IMG/VR virus record: IMGVR_UViG_3300027917_002335
Location: 1 to 64,000 of that record
Source of the DNA: a virus
DNA length: 64,000 nucleotides
Reading direction: 5' to 3' (one strand)
Made by a program: the position numbers and the translations under genes. Below are positions 48,167 through 57,894 of this stretch, in pieces (position 1 is the first letter of the stretch; every line of letters starts with the position of its first letter). The notes below the pieces were generated by a model. That model saw only the letters and a list, made by a program, of their open reading frames with translations, was not told the DNA's origin and did not search any database.

Positions 48167-48367
48167 ATGCCAGGATGCAACATTGAAATATATTGGAGGA
48201 AACTCAAAGAAGCAACGGATCTTTGTATTCAATTATCCCAGCTTTTCGGCGTTTATTCCAAAAGGGAAGGCCCGGAATTTCTACTCAGAAAGCTGGAAAC
48301 AACAATCAACAATTTGGAATTTATCAAAGAATTTCTCCAATCAAATTTACCAAAAAAAGAGGAATAG
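48167..48367 (+). CDS. Small hypothetical protein
   Basis: ORF between the hairpin and the AAA gene. Confidence 0.5.
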   Translation: MPGCNIEIYWRKLKEATDLCIQLSQLFGVYSKREGPEFLLRKLETTINNLEFIKEFLQSNLPKKEE

Positions 48368-48371
48368 AATT

Positions 48372-49229
48372 ATGTTAGATAAAAAATATATACAGGTAAA
48401 GAATGAATTTGATTACTTGTCAGAAGTAGTCGATAAATTCCCAGAAGGAAGAACGCTCTCATTCTTACTAGTAGGTCCGCCAGGATGTGGAAAGACATTA
48501 TTTGGTGTCTCTCTCGCCAAACATTTCTCTTCTTCTTACGAAATCATTGACGGAAGTCCTCAAATGGATCGTAGGGATATAGAAGGATGTTGGGAATTAC
48601 AAAATGGTGAAACCGTCTTTACTTATGGACCTTTGGCTCGTGCTATGATGAAAGCCAATGAAGAAGGAATTTGTTTCGTCATTTTTAACGAACCTAACGC
48701 TGTAAGACCTAGTGAGCAAATCTCCCTAAATGCCGCTTTGGCCGAATCTCACATAAATCTTATTTCTAAAGCTGGGGAAAGAATCTCTCTTAACCCAGAT
48801 GCTAAATTAGTAGTTATTGGAACTATGAATACTAATGTGCTTGGAATTAATAATCTCCAAGAAGCCTTCTCTGATCGTTTCTATTTAACATGGAAATTTG
48901 ACTATCCAGAAGAACGGAAAGAGATTGAGATTATTAAGGAAGTCACGGGTTGTAAGCATGGATTTGCTAGCGCGTTGGTAGAAATAGCTCAAGAATTACG
49001 GAAAGCAGCAATCCAAGATAAGGTATTAGCTAACACTTTTTCTACAAGATTATCAGTTCATTTCGCGGAAATAGTTCTTGGAATGAAGGATAGTTTTCTT
49101 ACGGAAAATATCAAAGGAATTATAGTTAATAAACTTACAACGGATGAAAGAGAAAGAAGATTTGTAAAAGATTTATTACAGGGCAAAGATTTTTTATGGA
49201 AAATAAAAGAATCGTTAAAGGATGAATAA
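48372..49229 (+). CDS. MoxR/CbbQ-type AAA+ ATPase
   Basis: GPPGCGKT, YGPL, atypical Walker B (IFNEPN), TMN, AFSDRF, STR; start reassigned to ATG 48372. Confidence 0.9.
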   Translation: MLDKKYIQVKNEFDYLSEVVDKFPEGRTLSFLLVGPPGCGKTLFGVSLAKHFSSSYEIIDGSPQMDRRDIEGCWELQNGETVFTYGPLARAMMKANEEGICFVIFNEPNAVRPSEQISLNAALAESHINLISKAGERISLNPDAKLVVIGTMNTNVLGINNLQEAFSDRFYLTWKFDYPEERKEIEIIKEVTGCKHGFASALVEIAQELRKAAIQDKVLANTFSTRLSVHFAEIVLGMKDSFLTENIKGIIVNKLTTDERERRFVKDLLQGKDFLWKIKESLKDE

Positions 49230-50874
49230 AATGCGAGCTAAGCCAAGCAAGAAAAAACAACACGCTAATAGGAAATTAGCCGTGAGAATCTCAGGTAATA
49301 AGAATGTTGAGATCATCTACGGCAAAGGTCCTTGGGTTGAAGATAACAAAACTATCAATATCCCATATCGTGGCGTTAATTACGAAGAAATGCTTGGCTT
49401 GCTTGCTCACGAAGCTGGACATATCGGATACGGCTCTTTCTCAACCAAGATGAATAAACTACGGGATTATCTTCAGATGAAATACGGTTTATCCAATACG
49501 GAAGCACAATCATTAATGAATGTGGTAGAAGACTGTCGAATTAACAGAATTAATTCTAAAGTTTATCCGGGTTTTTATAGACCATTACGGGAAGTAGAAA
49601 CCAAGAATCTTAAAGAATTAAGACGGCAATTTGATTTTTTCACTCAACTGGGTTTATTCATGGAAGATCATATTCAATATTTCCCATACGATTTAGATAT
49701 GGAAAAGATGGAAAAAGCTAAAAATCTAGTTTGGAAACATCAACATATCGGAGCTACGGTATTAGCCACAGATTTAATTGCTTCCGTAATCCACTCAGCT
49801 GGAAGAAAAGAAGTGGAAAATGATGATGGAAGGATGGGAAATCCAAGATCAGAAGGCAATTTATCTGATTCTAAACATCCAATAAATGATGACTTGGATA
49901 AATTCATGGATAAAATGGAAAAAATGTCGGATGCCGAAAAAACCGAAGTTGTAGAAGAATTACTGAAAGAACCGGAAGAAGAAGAACGCGTAGAACCAGA
50001 AATCAGAGAATTAGACAAGCCAAAAGTTATTCCGGAAGAGCTACTCAAGCTCGCTAAGGATTTTAATAGATGGCTTTACGAAGTTGTAGAACACCCAGAA
50101 GATAAGAAAGAACGAATTTGCCGGGAAGAGACAATTCAAGAAGACCGTATGACACCTGACGGAGATCCTTATCATGTTGTTGTAAATCGAAATCGAAATG
50201 CCATTGAAATGCTAAGAAAATATTTCCAGCTTAAAGCAAAAGTTCCTACAACTATGCATAAATCCGGAAGACTAAATTCTACTTGGATTAAAGCCTACAC
50301 TAGCGATTATAAATTTCCATTTACTAGAGATTGGGAAGCCGAAAAAGTTAAAATAACTTTGATGGTAGATATATCCGGTTCAATGAACGGATCAAAGATG
50401 AGAGCGGCCCGGGAAGCTATGATAGTTTTTAATGAGGGATTACAAGATGTGGCTGATTTACGCGTTATTTTATTTTGCGGAACAAGAGAAGCATTGAATA
50501 TTGTTGTAAAAGATTTCGGAGAAAAGACAAAAGAAGAGAATTTTAATGCCATCGGAAATAGATATGGAGAAGGAGAAAATATTGACGGAAGATCATTATT
50601 ATATGAAACGGAGAAAAATCCAAAAGGAACTATCATAGTCTTCTCGGATGGGAGACCATGCGGAGTAGATTATGGATTACATAAAGCGATTAAGGAATTT
50701 GAGCAAGCTAAGCCAAGATTGAAATCTTTGTGGAATTTCTCGATTGATGCTTACGGGGATCATTTAGAGAAATTATACGACAAAAATTTCGTGGAAGTTT
50801 CAGTGCGTAATAGAGACGATTGGATTCACAAATTTCTAAAATTAGGGAGGATGATTTGCGATTATCTGGGATAA
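49222..50874 (+). CDS. VWA-domain protein with N-terminal HExxH domain (CobT-like)
   Basis: AHEAGH, NVVEDCRI, MIDAS DISGSM, FSDGRP. Confidence 0.88.
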   Translation: MNKMRAKPSKKKQHANRKLAVRISGNKNVEIIYGKGPWVEDNKTINIPYRGVNYEEMLGLLAHEAGHIGYGSFSTKMNKLRDYLQMKYGLSNTEAQSLMNVVEDCRINRINSKVYPGFYRPLREVETKNLKELRRQFDFFTQLGLFMEDHIQYFPYDLDMEKMEKAKNLVWKHQHIGATVLATDLIASVIHSAGRKEVENDDGRMGNPRSEGNLSDSKHPINDDLDKFMDKMEKMSDAEKTEVVEELLKEPEEEERVEPEIRELDKPKVIPEELLKLAKDFNRWLYEVVEHPEDKKERICREETIQEDRMTPDGDPYHVVVNRNRNAIEMLRKYFQLKAKVPTTMHKSGRLNSTWIKAYTSDYKFPFTRDWEAEKVKITLMVDISGSMNGSKMRAAREAMIVFNEGLQDVADLRVILFCGTREALNIVVKDFGEKTKEENFNAIGNRYGEGENIDGRSLLYETEKNPKGTIIVFSDGRPCGVDYGLHKAIKEFEQAKPRLKSLWNFSIDAYGDHLEKLYDKNFVEVSVRNRDDWIHKFLKLGRMICDYLG

Positions 50875-50889
50875 TTTAAATTTTAACAA

Positions 50890-50910
50890 CTTTTTTTTAT
50901 TTATTTTTTT
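50890..50910 (+). terminator. Oligo-T terminator
   Basis: T-tracts after the VWA gene. Confidence 0.5.
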
Positions 50911-50928
50911 GTTATTTAAAATTAAAAT

Positions 50929-51222
50929 ATGGAGGAAAATATTATGATGAAACCAACAGAAAATTGGGAAGAAGTTATGATGAAAATGGTGAGATACGAA
51001 AAAGAACGCGGTTTTGAATTTCTCTTATTACAACTCAGCGAATTTAATTATGCCACCTTACATCAGTATAGAGGATCTGGCTGGTATATACAAGAAATTG
51101 GTATGATTGACGAAGATATTGTGTTAAATTTAACCAAGAGAGAATTCATAGACGATCACGCAATTATTCACATAACACCCAAAAAATATACAAAAATTTG
51201 GCGTAATAAAGAATTTAGATAA
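50929..51222 (+). CDS. Hypothetical protein
   Basis: ORF track. Confidence 0.55.
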   Translation: MEENIMMKPTENWEEVMMKMVRYEKERGFEFLLLQLSEFNYATLHQYRGSGWYIQEIGMIDEDIVLNLTKREFIDDHAIIHITPKKYTKIWRNKEFR

Positions 51223-51235
51223 GGAGGTAAAAAAG

Positions 51236-51394
51236 ATGTGTAAACACAAATGGAGAATCTTGGAAGAATTCGTTCGTGATTCTACTCGGTTCGTGAAATG
51301 GATTTGCCAAGATTGTAGAACAACAGCGGAGCGGGAAATTAAACCAAGGATGTGTCATCCTACTCCGCTGGTATTATTCGGAGGTGAGAAATGA
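51236..51394 (+). CDS. Small Zn-finger protein
   Basis: Own translation MCKHKW...ICQDC; GGAGGT SD. Confidence 0.55.
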   Translation: MCKHKWRILEEFVRDSTRFVKWICQDCRTTAEREIKPRMCHPTPLVLFGGEK

Positions 51395-51936
51395 ATGTGG
51401 GATACAAGTTCTTTCTTACTCGGAATGATAGCAGGAATCTGGACTCTTGGAGGACTTATTTGTTTAAAACTCGCACTCGATATTTGGAAAATTAAAAGAG
51501 AAACCAAAAAAGCTAGGAGGGAATATGAAGAATGGAAGAAGAATCAGTAGAATATTGTAAAGGAGAACATAAATGGGAAGAAGTGTCCAGGACTAACAGA
51601 ATGGGAACTGAAATAGTTTTCCATCAATGCGCAGAATGCGGAATATTTAAAATGGAGGTAAAGAAGGATGATTAGAGAATTTTTCCAGGATCTAGTAAGC
51701 CTAGAATACATACTCGTAATACCCAATATATCTGATGAAGAAAAACTACGGCGAATATCAAAGGCAATCGTGGAAATTAAGAAGAAGTACAACAAACAAT
51801 TGTTCGGGTGATTACAACGGAAGAATATTACGAACCAGAATACACTCCCGAAAGAGTGTGTTTTGAGTGTAGACAGGATTATCGCGGGATAGAACCGCCG
51901 TGCGATCAATGTAATCTGAATGAGGAGGAATAAATA

Positions 51937-52233
51937 ATGAAGACAACAAGCTATATTGTGCGAATCACGACACCCGACTCCGAAGAATTTGACTCCGATC
52001 TCTTACAACAAATATTTTTTGATTGTCCCGAACTCGAAGACTGTCTAATAACCGTTAAAAAGGAGCCAATGAGATTGATAGATATATGCCTAATAGATGA
52101 ATCAGAATTGTCGGAAGATAAGAAAATAGAACACTGTGAATTAACCCTAATTTGTGAAGATTGTAAGTATTGCGACAAACAGGCTTACGAAAGAGCTTAC
52201 AATCACCTTAAATCAAAAGAGAAGGGAGATTGA
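51937..52233 (+). CDS. Cys-containing hypothetical protein
   Basis: GAGG SD; CEDCKYC. Confidence 0.55.
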   Translation: MKTTSYIVRITTPDSEEFDSDLLQQIFFDCPELEDCLITVKKEPMRLIDICLIDESELSEDKKIEHCELTLICEDCKYCDKQAYERAYNHLKSKEKGD

Positions 52234-52297
52234 TTCTCTCTTACTCGCAATTTTTTTCCTTTCTAATTTTGGGAACCATTTCAACAACGAAAAAAAA

Positions 52298-54649
52298 TTA
52301 AATTAGTAAATACTTTTCCCTTGTATCAAAATTCTTCATATACAATAAATCGAAGACATCCATAAATAACTCTTTAAAATCTCCCGCTATTGCTACATCA
52401 ATTAACAATTTCAAAAGCGTAGATGTTTTAACCATTCTTTTATCCTTTGCTGATTCACTTAATCTTCTATATCTTGCATCCTCTTCAAATGTTTTGGTAA
52501 ACTTCGGCCACATATCAATATCTTTCTTTAACGGTTCAAATACAATATAAGAATCCCTATATTCGTGAAATGTTCTATCTCCATACTTCGTCCATTTTCT
52601 TACTGGAATTATATTTAGATTATTTGCCATTAATTTAGCTACTGAAACCATCGGTCTATGAATAATTACTCGTCTTCCATAAGTAGATTTACAAAATTCA
52701 GTAAGAGGCTTAATTAATAATCTCGTTAATTCGGTAGTATCATACACTAAATTCTTTCTTATATGCCATAATGTCTTCTTTGTTGAATCATACCTCTTTA
52801 ACCGTCTAGGCATATTATGTAGAGCCTTAATAGAAGCATGGTATTTCAAAGACAACGCTTTTTTATTAACCTCTTCGACCTCATCAGAGTCCAGAATCTT
52901 TTCAATTCCCAAAGTTTCTTCTACCAATGATTGTATGTCATCAGAGATTTCCTTCATCTTCTTTAGTTTTTCCTTCTTTATAAAATTAACAAGATAAGGT
53001 ATTTCTGCTTTACACCTAACTATTCCAGTATTTACTATCCTATAAACGGATTCAATAATGCTACTACTAACAGTTTCCAGAGGATCTTCTGACTCCAATC
53101 TTAATAAAACTGGTTCTAATGCTTTAAAAAGACTAGGTATCTTATATTTTGTTGCTTGGAAGAATATTTCTAAATCGGAATCTTTACATCCGCCAAACAA
53201 TTTCATGTGATTGCCCCCTGAGGATAATCCTCCATCTTTATTATATCTTACTTTATGATGGAAGCTACCCCACAAAGATAAATACTCGTTTTTCTTATGC
53301 TCTTTCTGTAATTGTTGTATACTTCCTACTCTCTTTTTAGGTGGAAAATATATCTGATAAGGGTTAATGGTTCGATATGTAAAGCCGTCAGAATTAAATG
53401 GATTATAATCTTTCTGAGCAGATAATCCAGTTAATTTCAATTTACTACAAAAAATAGCGTAATTCTGAGACATTCTAAATTGTGTGTTTATATCAGAATA
53501 ATATGGAAAATCAAAGTCGATCAGCACCTCAGCTTCGATTTCTAAGGGTTTTTTCGAAAGCCAACAATCTATTTTGTTTTCTAATCCTCTAATTGTCTTT
53601 TCGTTAAACCATTTTTTTGGAGCACAATAGTCGTAAATAAGATAGAACTTATTGCCTGTTGAGCCTGTTTTATATATCTTGACATTTGGATTCTCTTCCA
53701 TACTCTTCCATAAATCCATAGCTCTTTTCTTTCCTTGTTTATATGTTAAATCAACTGTAATTGTATTAAGATTAAAATCCTTTATATCTAAACAATCTAA
53801 CTCTTCCATATAATCTAAGCAAACACTAGGTTCTCTGATTAATTTTGTTATATCGTCTCTTGCGCTGTAAAATTCATCAGGCACATGACCATATTTCTCA
53901 TACAAAACAAATGCTTCAAAGTCTTTCCTTAATTGTTTGAGATACAATTTAATCATTTCGTCTTCCACTATGAATTTATTGTCAATTATATATTTTTTTA
54001 CATCGTCCGAAATTTTCGCCGATTCGAGATGCGAAAGGACCGTTGATTCTAATTTTACCAAATCTTTTTTAACATCTGCCTTCTTCCGTCTTGAGGCTCG
54101 GTTAATAATTGGATCGGATAATCTAACCATCTCTTCTCTCAGGTATTTATGATACTCCAACAAGTCTACTAACTCATAAGCATCTTGGTTAATTTCTTCA
54201 TAGCTTTTGTTTTTCTTCTTTATTCTATCATACCAAACTTCTTCGCTTGTCAATACCTTCTCATCTTTAATGTATTTATAATTGTCTATTAACCACATTG
54301 GAATATAAGTTTTTATTCTTTCATCAATACATCTTTCTACGCATTTAATTGCGTGATCGACTATTTTCTGAAAAGAAGCAACTTTCTTATTGTTCTTAAA
54401 TTTGTACCTTAGTTGTTTCTCTAACTCGTATCTAATAAGATTCTTGACATTATCAATAGACAAAACTCCTAGTATCTTCTTACTTGATCTTTTAGTAAAT
54501 GTATCAAAAAAGAAATCACAAGAAATTTTCGAACCATCTCTTAACCATTCGTTTATGATTTTTTTGATAGTTGCCTTATTACCAGCCATGATTTTCTTTG
54601 AAAGTTTGTCCAGCTCCTCATCTGGTATCTTCTTCATCTTTAGTTTCAA
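52298..54649 (-). CDS. Large basic unknown protein; possible replication protein (AEP-like motifs)
   Basis: 783-aa ORF is solid; VLIDFD and SSGGNH only weakly resemble AEP motifs I and II. Confidence 0.35.
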   Translation of the reverse strand: MKLKMKKIPDEELDKLSKKIMAGNKATIKKIINEWLRDGSKISCDFFFDTFTKRSSKKILGVLSIDNVKNLIRYELEKQLRYKFKNNKKVASFQKIVDHAIKCVERCIDERIKTYIPMWLIDNYKYIKDEKVLTSEEVWYDRIKKKNKSYEEINQDAYELVDLLEYHKYLREEMVRLSDPIINRASRRKKADVKKDLVKLESTVLSHLESAKISDDVKKYIIDNKFIVEDEMIKLYLKQLRKDFEAFVLYEKYGHVPDEFYSARDDITKLIREPSVCLDYMEELDCLDIKDFNLNTITVDLTYKQGKKRAMDLWKSMEENPNVKIYKTGSTGNKFYLIYDYCAPKKWFNEKTIRGLENKIDCWLSKKPLEIEAEVLIDFDFPYYSDINTQFRMSQNYAIFCSKLKLTGLSAQKDYNPFNSDGFTYRTINPYQIYFPPKKRVGSIQQLQKEHKKNEYLSLWGSFHHKVRYNKDGGLSSGGNHMKLFGGCKDSDLEIFFQATKYKIPSLFKALEPVLLRLESEDPLETVSSSIIESVYRIVNTGIVRCKAEIPYLVNFIKKEKLKKMKEISDDIQSLVEETLGIEKILDSDEVEEVNKKALSLKYHASIKALHNMPRRLKRYDSTKKTLWHIRKNLVYDTTELTRLLIKPLTEFCKSTYGRRVIIHRPMVSVAKLMANNLNIIPVRKWTKYGDRTFHEYRDSYIVFEPLKKDIDMWPKFTKTFEEDARYRRLSESAKDKRMVKTSTLLKLLIDVAIAGDFKELFMDVFDLLYMKNFDTREKYLLI

Positions 54650-54678
54650 AATCGTATTAGCTCTTAATTCCGTAAGCT

Positions 54679-54933
54679 CTATGCCTTCTCACCTCGCTTG
54701 TATAAGATATAAAATCTTACCATACAACCGACACACATTAAGCAATAAACAATTTCAAGGGATAGCATAAGATATAAGCCATTTTGATACGCTAATATTG
54801 CGTACAATCCGTTGGCTATGAATGCTATGAAATTGGTTATTATTTGTGTTTTAGGCTTGAGAATCCGTTTCGAAAAGCTAATGAAACCTAAAACGAAAAA
54901 CAAACCAGTGCCAATTATTTCAATGGTATTCAT
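54679..54933 (-). CDS. Small three-TM membrane protein
   Basis: Hydrophobic helices; downstream of the minus-strand promoter. Confidence 0.6.
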   Translation of the reverse strand: MNTIEIIGTGLFFVLGFISFSKRILKPKTQIITNFIAFIANGLYAILAYQNGLYLMLSLEIVYCLMCVGCMVRFYILYKRGEKA

Positions 54934-54998
54934 TTTTTTTTCTCCATTGTTGGTAAATAGATAGTTTTTAGCGCTATCTATAATTAATATATAGCGTT

Positions 54999-55017
54999 CA
55001 TCCTATTTAAATCTTTC
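54999..55017 (-). promoter_or_regulatory. Early-type BRE-TATA promoter (GAAAGATTTAAATAGGATG)
   Basis: 17/19 match to 47429-47447. Confidence 0.7.
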
Positions 55018-55233
55018 GATCTATATCTACTTTTGTTAAATTAATCGAAATGATTAGATCTTTAAATCTATTGACCAGATCGATTAGATCTTAAAAGATC
55101 AATATCGAAAAAGGTGTATAATGGCGCTTAGCTTAACCAGCTAGTTCTCTCCTAGCACGGATTAAGAGATCAACTTTCTCATATATATAGTATAGAAAGA
55201 AAAAATTTACTATAAAATTTGGAAAGAAGAATT

Positions 55234-55683
55234 ATGGCAAAATTAACCAAAGAACAGATCGATGCTCGTACCAAAGATTCGTCATACATCACTCTGGGAT
55301 CGAAGGATCATATCTCCAAGATTGTTATGCAATTACAGGAGAAGGATCAAGTAAGATGCTTTGCTAGTTCAAAGACGATTAAACCATTATCCCTAATCGA
55401 AGCACGCGGATTGGTTGGATGGTTCCCAAATCTTGATAAGATTGACAACCGACCCCTATCAAAGATTCCCTTAAAAGATTTGTATGGAATCATCCAATCC
55501 CAACTAAAAACAAACAAAGAATTTGCTAAGTTTGTTGAGGAAGCAGGGTATGGCGAAGAGGCAACTGTTTCTAAAGAGACGGATGTACCTGGTGATTTTT
55601 CACCAAGCGGTTTATGGGCAGTCCTGGACGATTTACTTCCAGATTTAGACCTAACTTCTCCACCTAAGAAGAAGAAGGAATAA
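55234..55683 (+). CDS. Hypothetical protein
   Basis: ATG at 55234; followed by a T-tract terminator near 55720. Confidence 0.6.
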   Translation: MAKLTKEQIDARTKDSSYITLGSKDHISKIVMQLQEKDQVRCFASSKTIKPLSLIEARGLVGWFPNLDKIDNRPLSKIPLKDLYGIIQSQLKTNKEFAKFVEEAGYGEEATVSKETDVPGDFSPSGLWAVLDDLLPDLDLTSPPKKKKE

Positions 55684-55747
55684 TTCTGTAAAAGTTGTCC
55701 AACTCAAATTTTAAAATCTTTTTTTTTCTTTTTATTGGTGATGTAAA

Positions 55748-56032
55748 ATGTTAGATAACAGAGAAGCATTAATGATTTTGGATGGATTATATGGTGCGGT
55801 TGAAGAAATAATTAAAAATACTAAGAATCAATTTCTACAAAACGACCTAGGTTTTTATATAATCCGACATCTGAAGATGGTACTTCTTAAACATGGAATA
55901 GACGAAGAGAAATTTTTCAAAGACTTTAATGGAGTAATCCTTGACAAGGAACATTTACAAAAATTTAAAAAAGAATGGAGGAAACAAATATGGAGTGCAA
56001 TTTTAAGTACCGTCAATTTAGAGAAAAAATAG
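55748..56032 (+). CDS. Hypothetical protein
   Basis: GGTGA SD. Confidence 0.55.
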   Translation: MLDNREALMILDGLYGAVEEIIKNTKNQFLQNDLGFYIIRHLKMVLLKHGIDEEKFFKDFNGVILDKEHLQKFKKEWRKQIWSAILSTVNLEKK

Positions 56033-56150
56033 TCTTCTTTTTACAAAAATGGTATAGAAGGAGAGTATTAGCCTGTGAGCAAAGAAGAATAAAATTTGCG
56101 AATAAATTCTACTCACTCGGCGGTGGCTTAATATCGGATGTGAAATATAG

Positions 56151-56348
56151 ATGACTGAATCAAACGAAATTACATTTGGATTTGGTATTTTCCACTTTAT
56201 ATTTCTTATAGTCTTCTTCTGTGTGTTTTGGGGAAGGCAATTCGGAGCAATATATGTTTGGGAAATTTTTATGCTATATCTCTATTGCGTAATAATACCT
56301 ATACTAGTTATAATAATAATAATTTTTATAATGTGGGTGTTAAATTGA
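56151..56348 (+). CDS. Small two-TM membrane protein
   Basis: Two hydrophobic segments. Confidence 0.55.
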   Translation: MTESNEITFGFGIFHFIFLIVFFCVFWGRQFGAIYVWEIFMLYLYCVIIPILVIIIIIFIMWVLN

Positions 56349-56550
56349 AAGTAAAAGCATTTAGCTCTAGCTCGTTTATGGAATTGACAAAAAAAATAAA
56401 CGATTTCTTTAATGGATTAGAAGAATATGCAATTTGGCACATCTCAAACATTATTGAAGTGGAAGAACGACACATGAATAAATACTTTAAAATTTTAATC
56501 TTCTACGATGAAGAAGTGGAAGAACTCAAATAATCTTTTTTTTTAATTAA

Positions 56551-56622
56551 GGGCTCGTAGTAAAGCGGAATTACATCTCCTTTGCACGGAGAAGAGCGAG
56601 GGTTCAAATCCTTCCGAGTCCA
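56551..56622 (+). tRNA. tRNA-Ala(UGC)
   Basis: Acceptor GGGCTCG/CGAGTCC with G3:U70, D arm GTAA/TTAC, anticodon stem TCTCC/GGAGA with loop TT-TGC-AC, T arm GAGGG-TTCAAAT-CCTTC, discriminator A. Confidence 0.92.
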
Positions 56623-56629
56623 TAAAAAA

Positions 56630-56700
56630 GGGAGAGTAGTTTAAAGGTAGAACAGACAGCGTGAGAGCTGTTAACGAGGGCTCAATTCCCTCCTCTCCCA
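56630..56700 (+). tRNA. tRNA-like RNA with non-canonical anticodon loop (identity undetermined)
   Basis: Acceptor GGGAGAG/CTCTCCC, D arm GTTT/GAAC, T arm GAGGG-CTCAATT-CCCTC; anticodon arm GACAGC-GTGAGA-GCTGTT. Confidence 0.7.
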
Positions 56701-56715
56701 ATTAAGGTGATAATT

Positions 56716-56865
56716 ATGATTTGGTATTGTGATAATTGTGGAACTGAAATCAAAGAAGGAGAAGACTTTTACACAGTTGAAAGCCGTAAAATGGGAAAGG
56801 ACGGCGAAATCGAAGAGTTTGAAAGTGTTCTCTTTATTTGTAAAAATTGTTTAAATATAGCGTGA
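56716..56865 (+). CDS. Small Zn-finger protein
   Basis: Own translation MIWYCDNC...ICKNC; GGTGA SD. Confidence 0.6.
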   Translation: MIWYCDNCGTEIKEGEDFYTVESRKMGKDGEIEEFESVLFICKNCLNIA

Positions 56866-56869
56866 TATA

Positions 56870-57277
56870 ATGACAGAAGAAAAGAAAGAATCAATAATGG
56901 ACAAAGAAGTTGAAGACTTTTTTGAAAAATATAAAGAACAAACCAATAAGATGCAAGGTTTGTTTTTCCATTTTGGTAGATTTTATCAAGTCTACACTCA
57001 AGTACCATCACAAGCTATGGCAATCCTCTACGAAGAGATTTTTAAAGTTCACGAAGCACTACTCGGAACTTTTTTGGAAGAAGAAAAAGAAAAATTCCAA
57101 AAGATTAAAGACACAATGAAAGAATCTCTTACTACATTAATTGGATTGATTGATAAATTAGATCCAGAAGAAATGAAAGAGGAATGTAAAGCTAGGTTAG
57201 ATGTTATTAAGAAAGCTATACCTCTGATGGAAGAATTTTTCAAAAAAGAACAACGAAGAGATAATCTTTATATTTAG
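56870..57277 (+). CDS. Hypothetical helical protein
   Basis: ORF track. Confidence 0.6.
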   Translation: MTEEKKESIMDKEVEDFFEKYKEQTNKMQGLFFHFGRFYQVYTQVPSQAMAILYEEIFKVHEALLGTFLEEEKEKFQKIKDTMKESLTTLIGLIDKLDPEEMKEECKARLDVIKKAIPLMEEFFKKEQRRDNLYI

Positions 57278-57622
57278 GTGATTTTTTTGACATTTAAAGG
57301 AAAAATTACTCATGTTCCGCCAGTACTCTTGGACTTAAAAACATATTTTCAGAGAGAAATTCGAACTGCAAAAGCATGTAATTGGCGGGAAGATGGAAAG
57401 TGGTATATTTGGATTAATTTAGATAAAATTCACGGTAACAGCAGTTTAAGGAAGATTGTAGAAGATATTAATGATCTCTACATACAAGAATTACTCTGCG
57501 TTATAATACGAGGAAATACTGTAGGAGAAATTCCTCCCTGTGAAAGTGATGAATTTACTGCTAAAGTATATTGTTCTTGTTATCAACCAAGAATGTTTTT
57601 AAAAATAAGTGAAAAATTATGA
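57278..57622 (+). CDS. Hypothetical protein
   Basis: ORF track. Confidence 0.5.
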   Translation: MIFLTFKGKITHVPPVLLDLKTYFQREIRTAKACNWREDGKWYIWINLDKIHGNSSLRKIVEDINDLYIQELLCVIIRGNTVGEIPPCESDEFTAKVYCSCYQPRMFLKISEKL

Positions 57623-57894
57623 CTCATTTAAAAAAAGTTAGTAGAGAAGATCCAATGTTCTCAGGCAGAGCAATCTATTTTCAACCAATTTTGAAAGATG
57701 GTTCACCTGGTATTCCAGAAAAAATAGCAGATGTACCAGATAATGACATTATTTGTGACGGTTGTAATAATCTAATAGAAGATGACGAAGTTTACCTTCT
57801 TATTCTCCAAGAAGGAGATGAAGAGCCTAGAATTTGGGGAACTCAATGTAAAGAATGTGTTGAAGAATACTATTCTGAGCTTGAAGTAAAATGA
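57619..57894 (+). CDS. Zn-finger protein
   Basis: CDGC...CKEC. Confidence 0.6.
   Translation: MTHLKKVSREDPMFSGRAIYFQPILKDGSPGIPEKIADVPDNDIICDGCNNLIEDDEVYLLILQEGDEEPRIWGTQCKECVEEYYSELEVK

Noticed and set aside
48183-48371. N-terminal extension of the AAA ORF given in the track
   Set aside because: Overlaps ORF 48167-48367; ATG 48372 has a GAGG SD and gives a normal-length MoxR protein
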